A stretch of 64,000 nt of DNA from a virus (Duplodnaviria; Caudoviricetes): IMG/VR virus record IMGVR_UViG_3300046460_000154, positions 103 to 64,102 of that record, one strand, 5' to 3'. Positions 18,349-27,746 of this stretch are shown one piece after another; the stretch's first letter is position 1; every line of letters starts with the position of its first letter. The position numbers were made by a program, and so were the translations under genes. The notes below the pieces were generated by a model. That model saw only the letters and a list, made by a program, of their open reading frames with translations, ran no database searches and had not been told where the DNA came from.

Positions 18349-18588
18349 TTGCAGATCGATCATGACCGAGAAGAGCCGCAGCGAGATTCCAGCCCTAATC
18401 CTTGGCTTTTGGCGTTCCTAATGGCCACGGTGTCCACCGTCATACTTTGGTGGTTAGGTGAGATAGACGCTATTTCCGCTTTGGCAGGGGCCGCTGTGGC
18501 TTTCACCGGCTCTTTTTGGCTCGTGGGTGTGTTGCGCTACAAGCTGTTCCAGTCATGGCGTGATGCGAGCCGGGACCGAAGACCCTAG
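18349..18588 (+). CDS. moron two-TM membrane protein
   Basis: two hydrophobic helices; converges on and overlaps the ejection gene. Confidence 0.6.
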   Translation: MQIDHDREEPQRDSSPNPWLLAFLMATVSTVILWWLGEIDAISALAGAAVAFTGSFWLVGVLRYKLFQSWRDASRDRRP

Positions 18589-20784
18589 ACTCATGAGAGC
18601 CGCGACAATTTTTGCTTTTGTCTCATCCGACATTTTCATGGTTTGAGCACTCTTCGAGAAAAGCTCTCGGGCAACTTCCGGGTTCCGTTCCATGAGAGCC
18701 GGCGCCAGCTTTTCAATAACGCTTGGCGGCATGCCCTTGGCGGCGTTGGCTGTCTGAGAAAGCGCCGAGACGAGGGCGTTTTTCCAGTTGCCCCCGATGA
18801 CAGACGCTATGACGCCAGGATCAAGGCCACTGTCAGCTATATCGGCAGTGTTATCAGCAGTCTTGCTCCCGCCCAGCGCCGTCTGCGCTGTGTCCGTCAT
18901 TGTGTTTTCGCGACCGAGACGACGCATCAAGCGATCACCTTCACCAGGAGCGGCAAGCACCGGCAGTTCGCGGCGCATGCTATCCGAAGTGAATTGGCGC
19001 GCGGCATCCGGGAGTTTGCCCTTGGTGGTTTCCGCATTGGCAATCTTGGAGTCAAAATAACCAACGCGCGCGGATTGCTGCGACTGTTCGTCAGGCAATG
19101 CGCCAAAGGTTTCGAGCGTATCATCCACGCGATTGCGGCCCCGCGACAACTCCCGACCTGTATCCACCGCGTCCACGTGCTGGGAGGCCGTACGATAAGC
19201 GTCACGCGCCGACGCGTACTGCCTTGACGTTGCTGCCAGAGCGTCGTCAAGCTGTTGCTGGACCGGCATCAACGCGTTTACCATTGCGCCCTGCCCGTTC
19301 TCCGTGGCCTTGCTGATCATCGCGTCGATGTTCGTCTTCGCGCGGAAGGCTTTCTCGACGTTCGTCACTGTGAGGTTGTCACTGGCAAGATAGGAGCGAG
19401 CCTCTATGAGAGCCTGGCGGATCGGGTCGCGGATGCTTGATTCCTGCGCCTCGATTGCGGATCGCGATGCGAGGTCCGTGGGCACATCCCCCCGCACCGT
19501 CGCGAGATTGTCCGCGACTGGCGAAATAGCCTTGTTAGCGCGATCCACTGCCGAGCTGACATCAATCGCCGTTTGATCTGCCGAAACGGGGGCGTAGTTT
19601 CTTGCCGCGTCTTCGGCCCGCTTGGAACTCAAAAGGGATTTGTACTGATCGGCGGTAAGAGGCGATCCAGAGGCGTCTGTGAGATCGGCCGCGACACGTC
19701 TTCCTTGATCCATCTGGCGGTTCAAAAGAGCATCGTAAACGGACTTGCGCGCATCGTTCGGTGTCCTGACTGCGGTTGACATGATTCGCTGCCCTGGCAA
19801 CTCCAAGGCGTCTGCCGTCATAAACATGTTCTGGCCGTCGTCCTGCGCGCCCTGGAGGCGAGCGGCAACGTCATCAACAGTGAGACCGGAGCGTTTCAGG
19901 ATAGCCGCCATGATCTTATCCTTGGCCGCCTCGGGGCTAAAGGATGCGGTTGCCCGGTCAAAGACCTCTTTGCCGCCAGCGATTAAGCCGGGAGTAACTC
20001 CACCAAGAACGGTCCCCGCGATGGTCCCAATGGCAGCTTTTTTCATTCGGTCTCTGACGCCTTCGCCCGAACCGAAACCTTGCGCCGCCGCGAGAGTGCC
20101 GCCATCCACCGCGCCGAGACCAGACATCTTCCAGAGCGAAGCGCCCTTGTTCGCGGCGTTTGCACTCAAAGAGAGGCCATTTTTCACTAGTCCGGCGCCC
20201 TGAACCATACCGCCGGCAAGTTGGCCTGTGAGGTGTTCACCAAAGCGATTCTCCGCGTCGGCCCGGTCCGTGGCGCGCTCTGTTGCGAGGTCCTTCTCAA
20301 ACCGTTCATCCGGCGCAATCAGTTGCTTGCCTTGGCTGATGACGTTGTTGATCGGGTTGAGATTGGACAGCGTCTCAAGCGCAGCGGGAACCGAGGAATA
20401 GTTTTCAGGATTCAGCGGGCTCGTTCGCTTGCCAAGCGCTGCGATCTCATCGGCCATGCCAAAAGAAAGAGTGTCGGCACCTCCACGCACAAGCGTGTCG
20501 ATCTTGCCGAGGGTTGTGTCGCGCTCGTCCTTTCCTTCTCCTTTGATGTCCCTGACGATGTTCTCGCCAAGCCAGCTACCAACTACACCCCCCGGGTTGG
20601 CATAGGACGCCAGATCGCCAGCTTTCTTGAAGTAGGAAAGTGCGCCAGGATCATCAGACACGGGCTTTGCAGCCGGCTCTTCCCCGCCCATGTGCTTCTT
20701 GAGCGCCTGCATAGCGCCCTCGGGCGTGTCGCCGCTGATCTTGTACTTTTTCCCGTCCGGGCCGGTGATGAGGTAGGTGCCCAT
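18553..20784 (-). CDS. internal virion/DNA-ejection protein (gp16-like position)
   Basis: 743 aa, helical, Gly/Ala-rich hydrophobic stretch; last of the ejection genes. Confidence 0.7.
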   Translation of the reverse strand: MGTYLITGPDGKKYKISGDTPEGAMQALKKHMGGEEPAAKPVSDDPGALSYFKKAGDLASYANPGGVVGSWLGENIVRDIKGEGKDERDTTLGKIDTLVRGGADTLSFGMADEIAALGKRTSPLNPENYSSVPAALETLSNLNPINNVISQGKQLIAPDERFEKDLATERATDRADAENRFGEHLTGQLAGGMVQGAGLVKNGLSLSANAANKGASLWKMSGLGAVDGGTLAAAQGFGSGEGVRDRMKKAAIGTIAGTVLGGVTPGLIAGGKEVFDRATASFSPEAAKDKIMAAILKRSGLTVDDVAARLQGAQDDGQNMFMTADALELPGQRIMSTAVRTPNDARKSVYDALLNRQMDQGRRVAADLTDASGSPLTADQYKSLLSSKRAEDAARNYAPVSADQTAIDVSSAVDRANKAISPVADNLATVRGDVPTDLASRSAIEAQESSIRDPIRQALIEARSYLASDNLTVTNVEKAFRAKTNIDAMISKATENGQGAMVNALMPVQQQLDDALAATSRQYASARDAYRTASQHVDAVDTGRELSRGRNRVDDTLETFGALPDEQSQQSARVGYFDSKIANAETTKGKLPDAARQFTSDSMRRELPVLAAPGEGDRLMRRLGRENTMTDTAQTALGGSKTADNTADIADSGLDPGVIASVIGGNWKNALVSALSQTANAAKGMPPSVIEKLAPALMERNPEVARELFSKSAQTMKMSDETKAKIVAALMSLGSSVPARITP

Positions 20785-22955
20785 TATTCCGGAACCTCCT
20801 CGATGGTGTAGCCGTCGATCTCGGCCTTTTTGGCCTTCATCTGCTTGCGGAATTCTTCAAGCGGGTTTGGAAGCTTGCGCAGTTCGCGGCGCGCTTCCTG
20901 ACGGGTCATTTCGCCCATGATGACCTGATCGGCAATCTCGCCCTGCTGCTGCTTGTATTCCGCCATGCCGCGCATCACGCCAATGATCTTCTCATTGCCC
21001 CCGGGCTGGTTCCAGAGGCTCGGAAGAGACGACTTGAACAGTTCAACATCGCGATCCGACATCGTGCCGCTGCCCGGCTGGCGCTGCGTTGGGACAAGCT
21101 TATTGATCATCGCTTCGGCGGCCTGAAGGTCGTCGGCGCCCTCGAAATTGATGCCCCAGCGGGATACGGCAGCCGAAAGACCGGTGCCCATGCCGCCCTG
21201 ACCCTTCAGGAATTCCTCAAGCTGGTTGATCGTATCGACATCGGCGCGGGCGTTGATACCCTCATCGGCCATGAGGCTGAACGTCTCCGCCTGCTTTTCA
21301 GCAAGCTTCTTGTCGAAGGCCCCTTCGGTCTTGTTGTCAATATTGATCTGGGAAGCACTGGACTTCCGACGCGCCTGGTCCCATTCGAGAGGCCCGAGGG
21401 GTTCGCGACCGGCGGCCTTCTCACGCGTTTCATAGAACTGGTACTCCTGGATATCCTGCGTCGGCTTGGTGCGCTCGAATTCGAATTTCTCCTTGTCGAG
21501 ATCGAGTTTGGCCTGATCGGCGGGGGAGATCACAGACTTCTCTGCCTTATCTGCCTCGAACTTTTCACGCTCCAGATCCGCCTTGGACTGATCCAGCACC
21601 GATATTTGCTCTGGCAATTCGGCGACGATCTCGCCAGTGTCTATATCAACGACACGCCCATTGACCGTCGCTGTGTTGCGCTTCTTCGGCTCTTGCACGG
21701 TCTTGGTGCTGCCATCCGGGAGAAGATCGTAGACGCCCGTTGTGTCGAGTCCGCCGTCCTTCTCTTCCTGCTCCGTGAGGCGGCGGGCCTTGGGCGGGTT
21801 CTTGAGCTTGTCGATCTCCAGCCGGCCCTTTTCCAGGTCCATCTGATAGGCCGGATCGCTGCGCTTGCGCTCTTCCTCGGCAAGCTGGTCCTGCTGATCA
21901 AGGTGGCGCTTGAGGAAGGTCTGGGCGACCGCCTTCTGGCCCGGGGTCGCCCACGGGTCATTGAGGATCGTCATCGCCTGGCTGGCTTTTTCCGAGGCGA
22001 CGGTGGACATGGCCTGCGCCACGCGAACCGTTGCCTTGGGCTTGGCCTCCATCGGATCGGTCTGTTCGAAACCGTCAGGCACCGGAACGACCGAGGCGTC
22101 TTTGGTCAGGTTGGGCTGGGCATCGAACGCCGTCGTCGCTGCCGGGTCCGCAAACAGGGCGAGCGCCTTCTGGCGGTGCCCGTCCATCTGGTAGTTGACC
22201 TTGTCGGCTACCGTGCCCGGAGCACCTCCGTTGGCCTCATCGGAAGCCCCTTCCCTGTCCACGCCGCCGGCATTGATGGCGGAGTAGATGTCCATGAGGC
22301 TCGCGCCTGGCTTCACGCCGGTATCGCGAAGATATTTGACGACTGCGCCATCCGGGCCAAGCTGTGAATTCAGCGGGTCATTCCAGTTGACGCCATACTT
22401 TTCCGCCTGCGGCTCGCCGAACTGGATAAGGCCGCGGTGCTTTCCCCATTTCGTCGTCGGGCCATCCTTGGTCGGATCGAACGTGCCAGCCGTCTCATAC
22501 GAAATAGCGGTGGCGAGGTCTTCAGGCTTTACGCCAAGCGAGTCCGCTGCGGCCCTGATGCCGCTCTTGAGGTCGAGGCCGGCATAATTCTGCACCGATG
22601 CGCGGTCCCCCGTGCGGGCGTTCTCCATCGTGCCCTCGACAGGCGGCAAGGTGGTGTTGACCGGGTTTGTGGTCGCCGTATCGGGCACTGTGTCCGAGGC
22701 GGTCGTCGGTCCGAACAGATCGGACGCAAAATCGGCAAACGACTTGCTGGACGCGTCCGTTGCCGACTTCTCCGCCTTGTCGGCACGGCTCGACATGGCG
22801 CGGTAAAGGATTGCGTCTCCGATCGAGGCAATGCCCTCACCGAGGTTCTGTGGCGTGCCGCTGCGTCGGCCCATGGCAAGCGCCATAGCCCGCATCTGTT
22901 CCAATTCCTGCGGCGTGCGAGGCATGTTTTCGCCGCCGAAAATGAACCCCGCCAT
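20784..22955 (-). CDS. internal virion/ejection protein with lysozyme-like (SLT) domain
   Basis: DLATAISYETAGTF..GLIQFG..DIYSAIN. Confidence 0.75.
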   Translation of the reverse strand: MAGFIFGGENMPRTPQELEQMRAMALAMGRRSGTPQNLGEGIASIGDAILYRAMSSRADKAEKSATDASSKSFADFASDLFGPTTASDTVPDTATTNPVNTTLPPVEGTMENARTGDRASVQNYAGLDLKSGIRAAADSLGVKPEDLATAISYETAGTFDPTKDGPTTKWGKHRGLIQFGEPQAEKYGVNWNDPLNSQLGPDGAVVKYLRDTGVKPGASLMDIYSAINAGGVDREGASDEANGGAPGTVADKVNYQMDGHRQKALALFADPAATTAFDAQPNLTKDASVVPVPDGFEQTDPMEAKPKATVRVAQAMSTVASEKASQAMTILNDPWATPGQKAVAQTFLKRHLDQQDQLAEEERKRSDPAYQMDLEKGRLEIDKLKNPPKARRLTEQEEKDGGLDTTGVYDLLPDGSTKTVQEPKKRNTATVNGRVVDIDTGEIVAELPEQISVLDQSKADLEREKFEADKAEKSVISPADQAKLDLDKEKFEFERTKPTQDIQEYQFYETREKAAGREPLGPLEWDQARRKSSASQINIDNKTEGAFDKKLAEKQAETFSLMADEGINARADVDTINQLEEFLKGQGGMGTGLSAAVSRWGINFEGADDLQAAEAMINKLVPTQRQPGSGTMSDRDVELFKSSLPSLWNQPGGNEKIIGVMRGMAEYKQQQGEIADQVIMGEMTRQEARRELRKLPNPLEEFRKQMKAKKAEIDGYTIEEVPE

Positions 22956-23188
22956 TAGGTGAGACCCCGCTTGTTTAACATGCCGAATAGGCGACCGAGC
23001 GGCGCGGTGGGGTTGTTGCCCGGGGCTTCCGGAAACGCGCCCTGCTTCTGCTGCGCCCGATAGGCTACAGCATCACCGACCGAAGCGATGCCGCTGCCGA
23101 GATCCTGCGGAGGCCGCATCATAGCCTTTGCAATCCGCTGCTTGCGGCTTGCCGGATCGTTGCCGTCGAAGATGAAATCAGCCATCAC
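22955..23188 (-). CDS. small paralogue of the ejection-protein N-terminus
   Basis: PQDLGSGIASVGDAVAYRA vs PQNLGEGIASIGDAILYRA. Confidence 0.65.
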   Translation of the reverse strand: MMADFIFDGNDPASRKQRIAKAMMRPPQDLGSGIASVGDAVAYRAQQKQGAFPEAPGNNPTAPLGRLFGMLNKRGLT

Positions 23189-24207
23189 GCGGCCATCCTC
23201 TCACCGAGGCCAAAAAGCTTGCCATAATGCACCTTCTTGACGCCGTCTGGACCTGTCAGGACTGCATCGGGCCGCGTCTGCTCGACCTCTTGGGCCATGA
23301 CGCCGACGTGGCGCTTTCCGTCATCGAACTTGCCCTTGTACTCGTAGGAGTAAATCGGGTGGCCTTCGACTTCGCCGACTGGCTCGATATCTTCCTTCAC
23401 CCGCGCATCCGACGCCATGATCATGCTGCCGCCCAGACCGAACAGACCGCCAAGCAACGAGTTGCGCTGCTGTTGCTGCATGCCGTAGCGGCTCATCTGC
23501 TGGTCATAGTTCGCATTGATCAGACCAGCAGTGTCTGTCGTTGGGATTGTTGGCATATTGGCACCCTGGAAGTTGGGCTGCTGGACCTGACTACCGGACA
23601 TGAGGCCGATGATTTCGTTGATCGGCTGGTTACGGTTGCTCAGCGCGGTCTGTTGCCCCGTCTGGAAGCTGTCCAACATGAACCTGTTGCGAGCATCGTC
23701 CGAGCCAGCGGTTAGGTTCCGCATTTCGCGGTCGTAGGCTTCCGAACCTTCCTTGATGCCTTGGTTCGCAAGACGCGTCCGTAAGGATTCGTCCGCCTGC
23801 GTCGATCGCTCTGAATTGAGTTTGTCGTAAAGCCCGCCGGCCCATTGCTCGTGCTCACCCGTATCGTAACTGAACGGTTTGTCCATATAATCCTGGAGGA
23901 AGCCGCTCTGAGATTTGGCGAGTTGGGAGAGATTCAGGCTCGTCTTGTTCTGCTGCTTGAGGATGTCCCGCTGCATCGGGTTGAGTTTGGTGATCCGCTC
24001 CATGAGCGGGATTTTGTACTTGTCGCCGGTATAGGGGTCCTTCCACTTGAACTGCCCGTTCTGGACGACCTTGGTCCGGCCATAGGGCGTCGTTTCGCTC
24101 GGATTGCCAAGCATGGCATTGGCGATAGCCGTGGCGACATTCGTCGAAGAGGATGCCGACGCGGTATCCTGCGGATCAGGCGGCTTTGGAGCCTTACTTT
24201 TACCCAA
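23185..24207 (-). CDS. ejection/pilot protein with C-terminal Peptidase_S74 autochaperone
   Basis: TTG start GKSKAPKPPDP; SDARVKEDIEPVG..GVMAQEV..VHY. Confidence 0.8.
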   Translation of the reverse strand: MGKSKAPKPPDPQDTASASSSTNVATAIANAMLGNPSETTPYGRTKVVQNGQFKWKDPYTGDKYKIPLMERITKLNPMQRDILKQQNKTSLNLSQLAKSQSGFLQDYMDKPFSYDTGEHEQWAGGLYDKLNSERSTQADESLRTRLANQGIKEGSEAYDREMRNLTAGSDDARNRFMLDSFQTGQQTALSNRNQPINEIIGLMSGSQVQQPNFQGANMPTIPTTDTAGLINANYDQQMSRYGMQQQQRNSLLGGLFGLGGSMIMASDARVKEDIEPVGEVEGHPIYSYEYKGKFDDGKRHVGVMAQEVEQTRPDAVLTGPDGVKKVHYGKLFGLGERMAA

Positions 24208-24652
24208 GGTTGTACCTCGCGAATTTGTTCGCTTCCCACGTTTCACGCGTCGTGACGAAGATGTTTTCTGCCCTGTCCCGGCCTCTGAGGCGTGGGATGC
24301 GATAATGTTCAGCCCCGAAGGCTTTCAGCATGCGGTGTTGCGCTTTGTCGTCATCAGGTACTCGCTGCACCACCGCCTGACAGCCGCAATCGACAAAGGG
24401 ATAGCCATACATGATCTTGAGGACTGCCCGGGTCAGCCAGCCCTTTGCCCAAGCGGCCCCTGATATTTCGATCAATTCGGCGCTCGGATCGAAATTGTGG
24501 TAGACGAGACCCGCCGCCAACTCGCCATCATCAGTGATGCAGATGCAGTGGCAATTGCCGAACTCCTTGCCCTGCTCGGGCCAGATACGATCGGCCACGA
24601 GGCGAGCGAGTTTTTCCGTGTCGCCGCCTTCAGTGAACGACCATTCGATCAT
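24200..24652 (-). CDS. GNAT-fold phage morphogenesis protein
   Basis: LAAGLVYHNF..WLTRAVL..YPF; typical position before ejection genes. Confidence 0.75.
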   Translation of the reverse strand: MIEWSFTEGGDTEKLARLVADRIWPEQGKEFGNCHCICITDDGELAAGLVYHNFDPSAELIEISGAAWAKGWLTRAVLKIMYGYPFVDCGCQAVVQRVPDDDKAQHRMLKAFGAEHYRIPRLRGRDRAENIFVTTRETWEANKFARYNLG

Positions 24653-26304
24653 ACAAAAACAGCGCCTGTCTCAAACACCACGTCCGTTGCGATCAGTTCA
24701 AATTCCGGCTTGGACGTGTATTCGCAAGTCACCTGAAGCTGCGGCGAGACCGCAAACCCGGACTGCCCGACCGATACCCATTTGGTGTAGACTTCCTGGT
24801 CTCCGCTGGAATCCCAACGCGCCTGGTCCCAGAGAGCATTATCCCATCGCGCGCCGTTGATGACGTTCGGACCTGCTGCTGGCGCCGCTGGAAGGCGGCT
24901 CTTGTAATTCACCGATGCCGAGACTTTCAGAACCGGCACGAATGAAGATTTGACCGTCACGCGGGCGGAATGGACCAACTTCGTCACGCCCGGAGTCTTC
25001 AGATGATCCGGCAAGCCAACGTAGGTGCATGTATACGGCTCGCCGTCGTCAGTGCCCCCGGTTTCCATGCGGAAAATCTTGCCCGTGCCGGAACCGAAAT
25101 AAGCATTCCCGCCGTAGACAGCCAGACAGCGGGTATCGAGCCCGGTGAACTTTGCCCATGCCCCGGTTTCGATGTTGCAGACGAGGCAATAGTTATCGGT
25201 GCTCCCCGTGCTGGCCGGCGGACTGACGATCAGCATATTTGCCGATGCCCATTTCACTATTTCCCACGGGGCGCTGCGGCGGGTCCGGACAGCCTTCTTC
25301 CACTCTGGCTCGATATTCTTCGTCACCGCTGCGAGAGACAGTGCCGCCTCGTCCTTATCGACGGAAAGCGAAAGCGTAACGATGCCTTCCTCAACGGCAA
25401 TGAGCGGATCGCCACCGGCATAGCTGGTGGCCTTGGAGCCGAGTGGCGCCGTGATCTTGTAGACGCCGACCTTCTGCCAGTTGGTCGCATCGCCCGGGTC
25501 GCCGCCCTGGTAGACCGCGACTTCGCCCTGGTTGCTCACAACGTACCATTTGTCATCCAGGCCGTCTCCAGCGTCCAGCGACCACGTCCCGCCAAAGACG
25601 AGGGAACCGCCCTGCTGCATGATGCCGGCGAGGCTGAACGACGTCAGTTCGCCGTCGATGGAGTCAACCGGCAGATACCAGACCTTCAGCGTGTTCTTTT
25701 CGACGTACCAGAGCCTTGAGGCATACACCCAGACGAAGGAAAACTTCGTCGCGTCCAAGTCGTCGCCAGTGAAGACATGCGCGGCCCATTCGGTCCCGTC
25801 GAACAATAGCGGCGTGTCCGTGCCGTTGACTGCAGACAGAAAATCGCCGCCGGCATTGCCGAACTGTGCCGTGGAATAGTAGCCGGACGTCTGGCCCTCG
25901 ACGCTCTCGGGACGAAGAGCGCCGGTCAAATAGGCACCGGTGAGCGGATTTATGAGGTAGGCACCGGTCTCTGGATCGGTAAGGAAAAAATAGGGCGAGG
26001 AGATCGAGCTGTCCAGGACATTGCTGATCTCGATTATCGTCGTTGCCGTCGCGGCGAAGAACAGTTCCAGCGAGCCCGAGCGATAGGTGAACATGCTGAT
26101 CACCGGTGCGTCCTCGATCAACGTGGCATAAAGCTGAGTGCCGCCCCGAACGCGAACCGACGTCTGCAACGGGAAGAAGTTCTCCAGCACGAGTGCCCCA
26201 CCAGGCTTGCCACCGGCCAAGGGCTCGTCTGCTATCCATCCCCGAACGGGGGGAGCCACGGTATAGGACCGAGATTGCGCCCGCTGCTGGACCGCTCGCC
26301 TCAT
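24649..26304 (-). CDS. tail nozzle / packaged-DNA stabilisation protein (P22 gp10-like)
   Basis: beta-propeller-type sequence; follows the adaptor. Confidence 0.75.
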   Translation of the reverse strand: MRRAVQQRAQSRSYTVAPPVRGWIADEPLAGGKPGGALVLENFFPLQTSVRVRGGTQLYATLIEDAPVISMFTYRSGSLELFFAATATTIIEISNVLDSSISSPYFFLTDPETGAYLINPLTGAYLTGALRPESVEGQTSGYYSTAQFGNAGGDFLSAVNGTDTPLLFDGTEWAAHVFTGDDLDATKFSFVWVYASRLWYVEKNTLKVWYLPVDSIDGELTSFSLAGIMQQGGSLVFGGTWSLDAGDGLDDKWYVVSNQGEVAVYQGGDPGDATNWQKVGVYKITAPLGSKATSYAGGDPLIAVEEGIVTLSLSVDKDEAALSLAAVTKNIEPEWKKAVRTRRSAPWEIVKWASANMLIVSPPASTGSTDNYCLVCNIETGAWAKFTGLDTRCLAVYGGNAYFGSGTGKIFRMETGGTDDGEPYTCTYVGLPDHLKTPGVTKLVHSARVTVKSSFVPVLKVSASVNYKSRLPAAPAAGPNVINGARWDNALWDQARWDSSGDQEVYTKWVSVGQSGFAVSPQLQVTCEYTSKPEFELIATDVVFETGAVFV

Positions 26305-26307
26305 GGG

Positions 26308-27006
26308 TCAGACCTCGATTGTGCGTGGATAGGCGGTCGTGACATCGCGGGGCATCCGGGGCCCGCCGATACGCAACATTCTTGCGCCCCTGTCGCGCAT
26401 GACCTCCCGGGCCAGTGCCGCTTCGTAATTGGCCATGTCCTCGGCATAGGCTAGGCCCTTGTTTGCCCGCCACTGCCAGATCATGCCAAGCTTCAGAACG
26501 CGCTCCTTGAGCCGGAAGGAATCCGTATCCGCCTCAAATTCGGCCTTGTAGGTGAAGCCGTCTTCCTCGGAGATGATTTCATTCGACTGGTAGAAGTATT
26601 TAGCCGTCGCCCCCGTCGCGAGCGCCGGCTTGATATGCATCTGCCCGCCGAAGATGATCCATGAATTGAGGACGAAGTCGAAGGCCGTTACCTCCATCCC
26701 AAGCCACTGGTTGAGGCTCTTGATTGGCGTAAGCGTGGTGGACAGGGTAGACGACCAAACGTCATCATCCACCAGCATCCGGTCATAGTTTTCAGGGAGA
26801 TCGAAATCCTCCTGATCGCCGTCGCCTTCCAGTTCGCAGACTGTCGAGAACTTCTGCCATTCGTGGCCGGACGCGATCCGGTCGGCCATCTCCTGCGCAA
26901 GTGCAAGCAGTTCGACAATTTCCCGATCTTCATTGTTGATGATCGTGGCAGGTACGTCGAGCGCGATGACCTTGCAGACATCCTGGCAGACCGTGAGCAA
27001 GCTCAT
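26308..27006 (-). CDS. head-tail adaptor
   Basis: MSLLTVCQDV..; LGMIWQWRANKGLAYAED; position. Confidence 0.7.
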   Translation of the reverse strand: MSLLTVCQDVCKVIALDVPATIINNEDREIVELLALAQEMADRIASGHEWQKFSTVCELEGDGDQEDFDLPENYDRMLVDDDVWSSTLSTTLTPIKSLNQWLGMEVTAFDFVLNSWIIFGGQMHIKPALATGATAKYFYQSNEIISEEDGFTYKAEFEADTDSFRLKERVLKLGMIWQWRANKGLAYAEDMANYEAALAREVMRDRGARMLRIGGPRMPRDVTTAYPRTIEV

Positions 27007-27008
27007 AA

Positions 27009-27746
27009 TCAGGCAGCCTCGCCATTGAGATCGGCAGCAAGCTTGGCGTTCCATTCGTCGGCGAGAGCGACGAGTTTGGCATGGCCTGCCTTGTGATGCG
27101 GCGTCGGAGCGGCGTTATCCGCGAGCCATGCCTTGATGGCGTCTTCATCCCATTCCTGGAAGGGCGAGGTACTGTCTACCGGCGCGGTTGCCTGAGCAGG
27201 CGCTGTCTTGGACGATAGCACCTGCTCCATGCGTTCCAGCCGGTCGCGCAAAGCATCGTTTTCCTGCTGCATCTTGAGCAGGGCAGCGTTGTCAGTGCTC
27301 TTCTTGAGGAAGGCCGATGCCTGATCCTTGAGCGCACGGGCGCCCATGCCGAGCTTTTCCAGCAGCGCCCCATCGAGAGATGCCAGCGCTTCGACGGTGA
27401 ACACGTTCACGCCGTTGAGCTCAGCGATCTTGAACGGGGCCAGCCCCAGCGCTTCGAGCGGCGTTCCCGCCTCGCGGAAATTCACGTGGCGCTTGAAAGC
27501 GTCGTAATGCTCCGGAAACTGTTCGGCATAGGTCATGCGCCGACCAAGCGACGGATCGAACGCGGAGCCTTGCGACTTGGCCGGCGCCACGAAGACATTG
27601 CCTTTGTCGCCGGCAATGCGAATCTTGACGTATTCGACGTCTTCGAAAATCGGGCGGCTTTCCTCTACCGATCGCTTCTCGTTCTTGGCCGCCTCAAGAT
27701 AAAATTCGGCGTGGAGGTGATGATTGTCCTGGCTGAGCGTGCTCAT
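27009..27746 (-). CDS. phage protein with HhH-like motif and coiled coil
   Basis: GTPLEAL..VFTVEALASL..LGMGAR. Confidence 0.75.
   Translation of the reverse strand: MSTLSQDNHHLHAEFYLEAAKNEKRSVEESRPIFEDVEYVKIRIAGDKGNVFVAPAKSQGSAFDPSLGRRMTYAEQFPEHYDAFKRHVNFREAGTPLEALGLAPFKIAELNGVNVFTVEALASLDGALLEKLGMGARALKDQASAFLKKSTDNAALLKMQQENDALRDRLERMEQVLSSKTAPAQATAPVDSTSPFQEWDEDAIKAWLADNAAPTPHHKAGHAKLVALADEWNAKLAADLNGEAA

Noticed and set aside
18553-22955. Tape-measure protein
   Set aside because: No tail tube, chaperone or baseplate genes nearby; context (adaptor, nozzle, GNAT, S74 protein) fits podovirus ejection proteins
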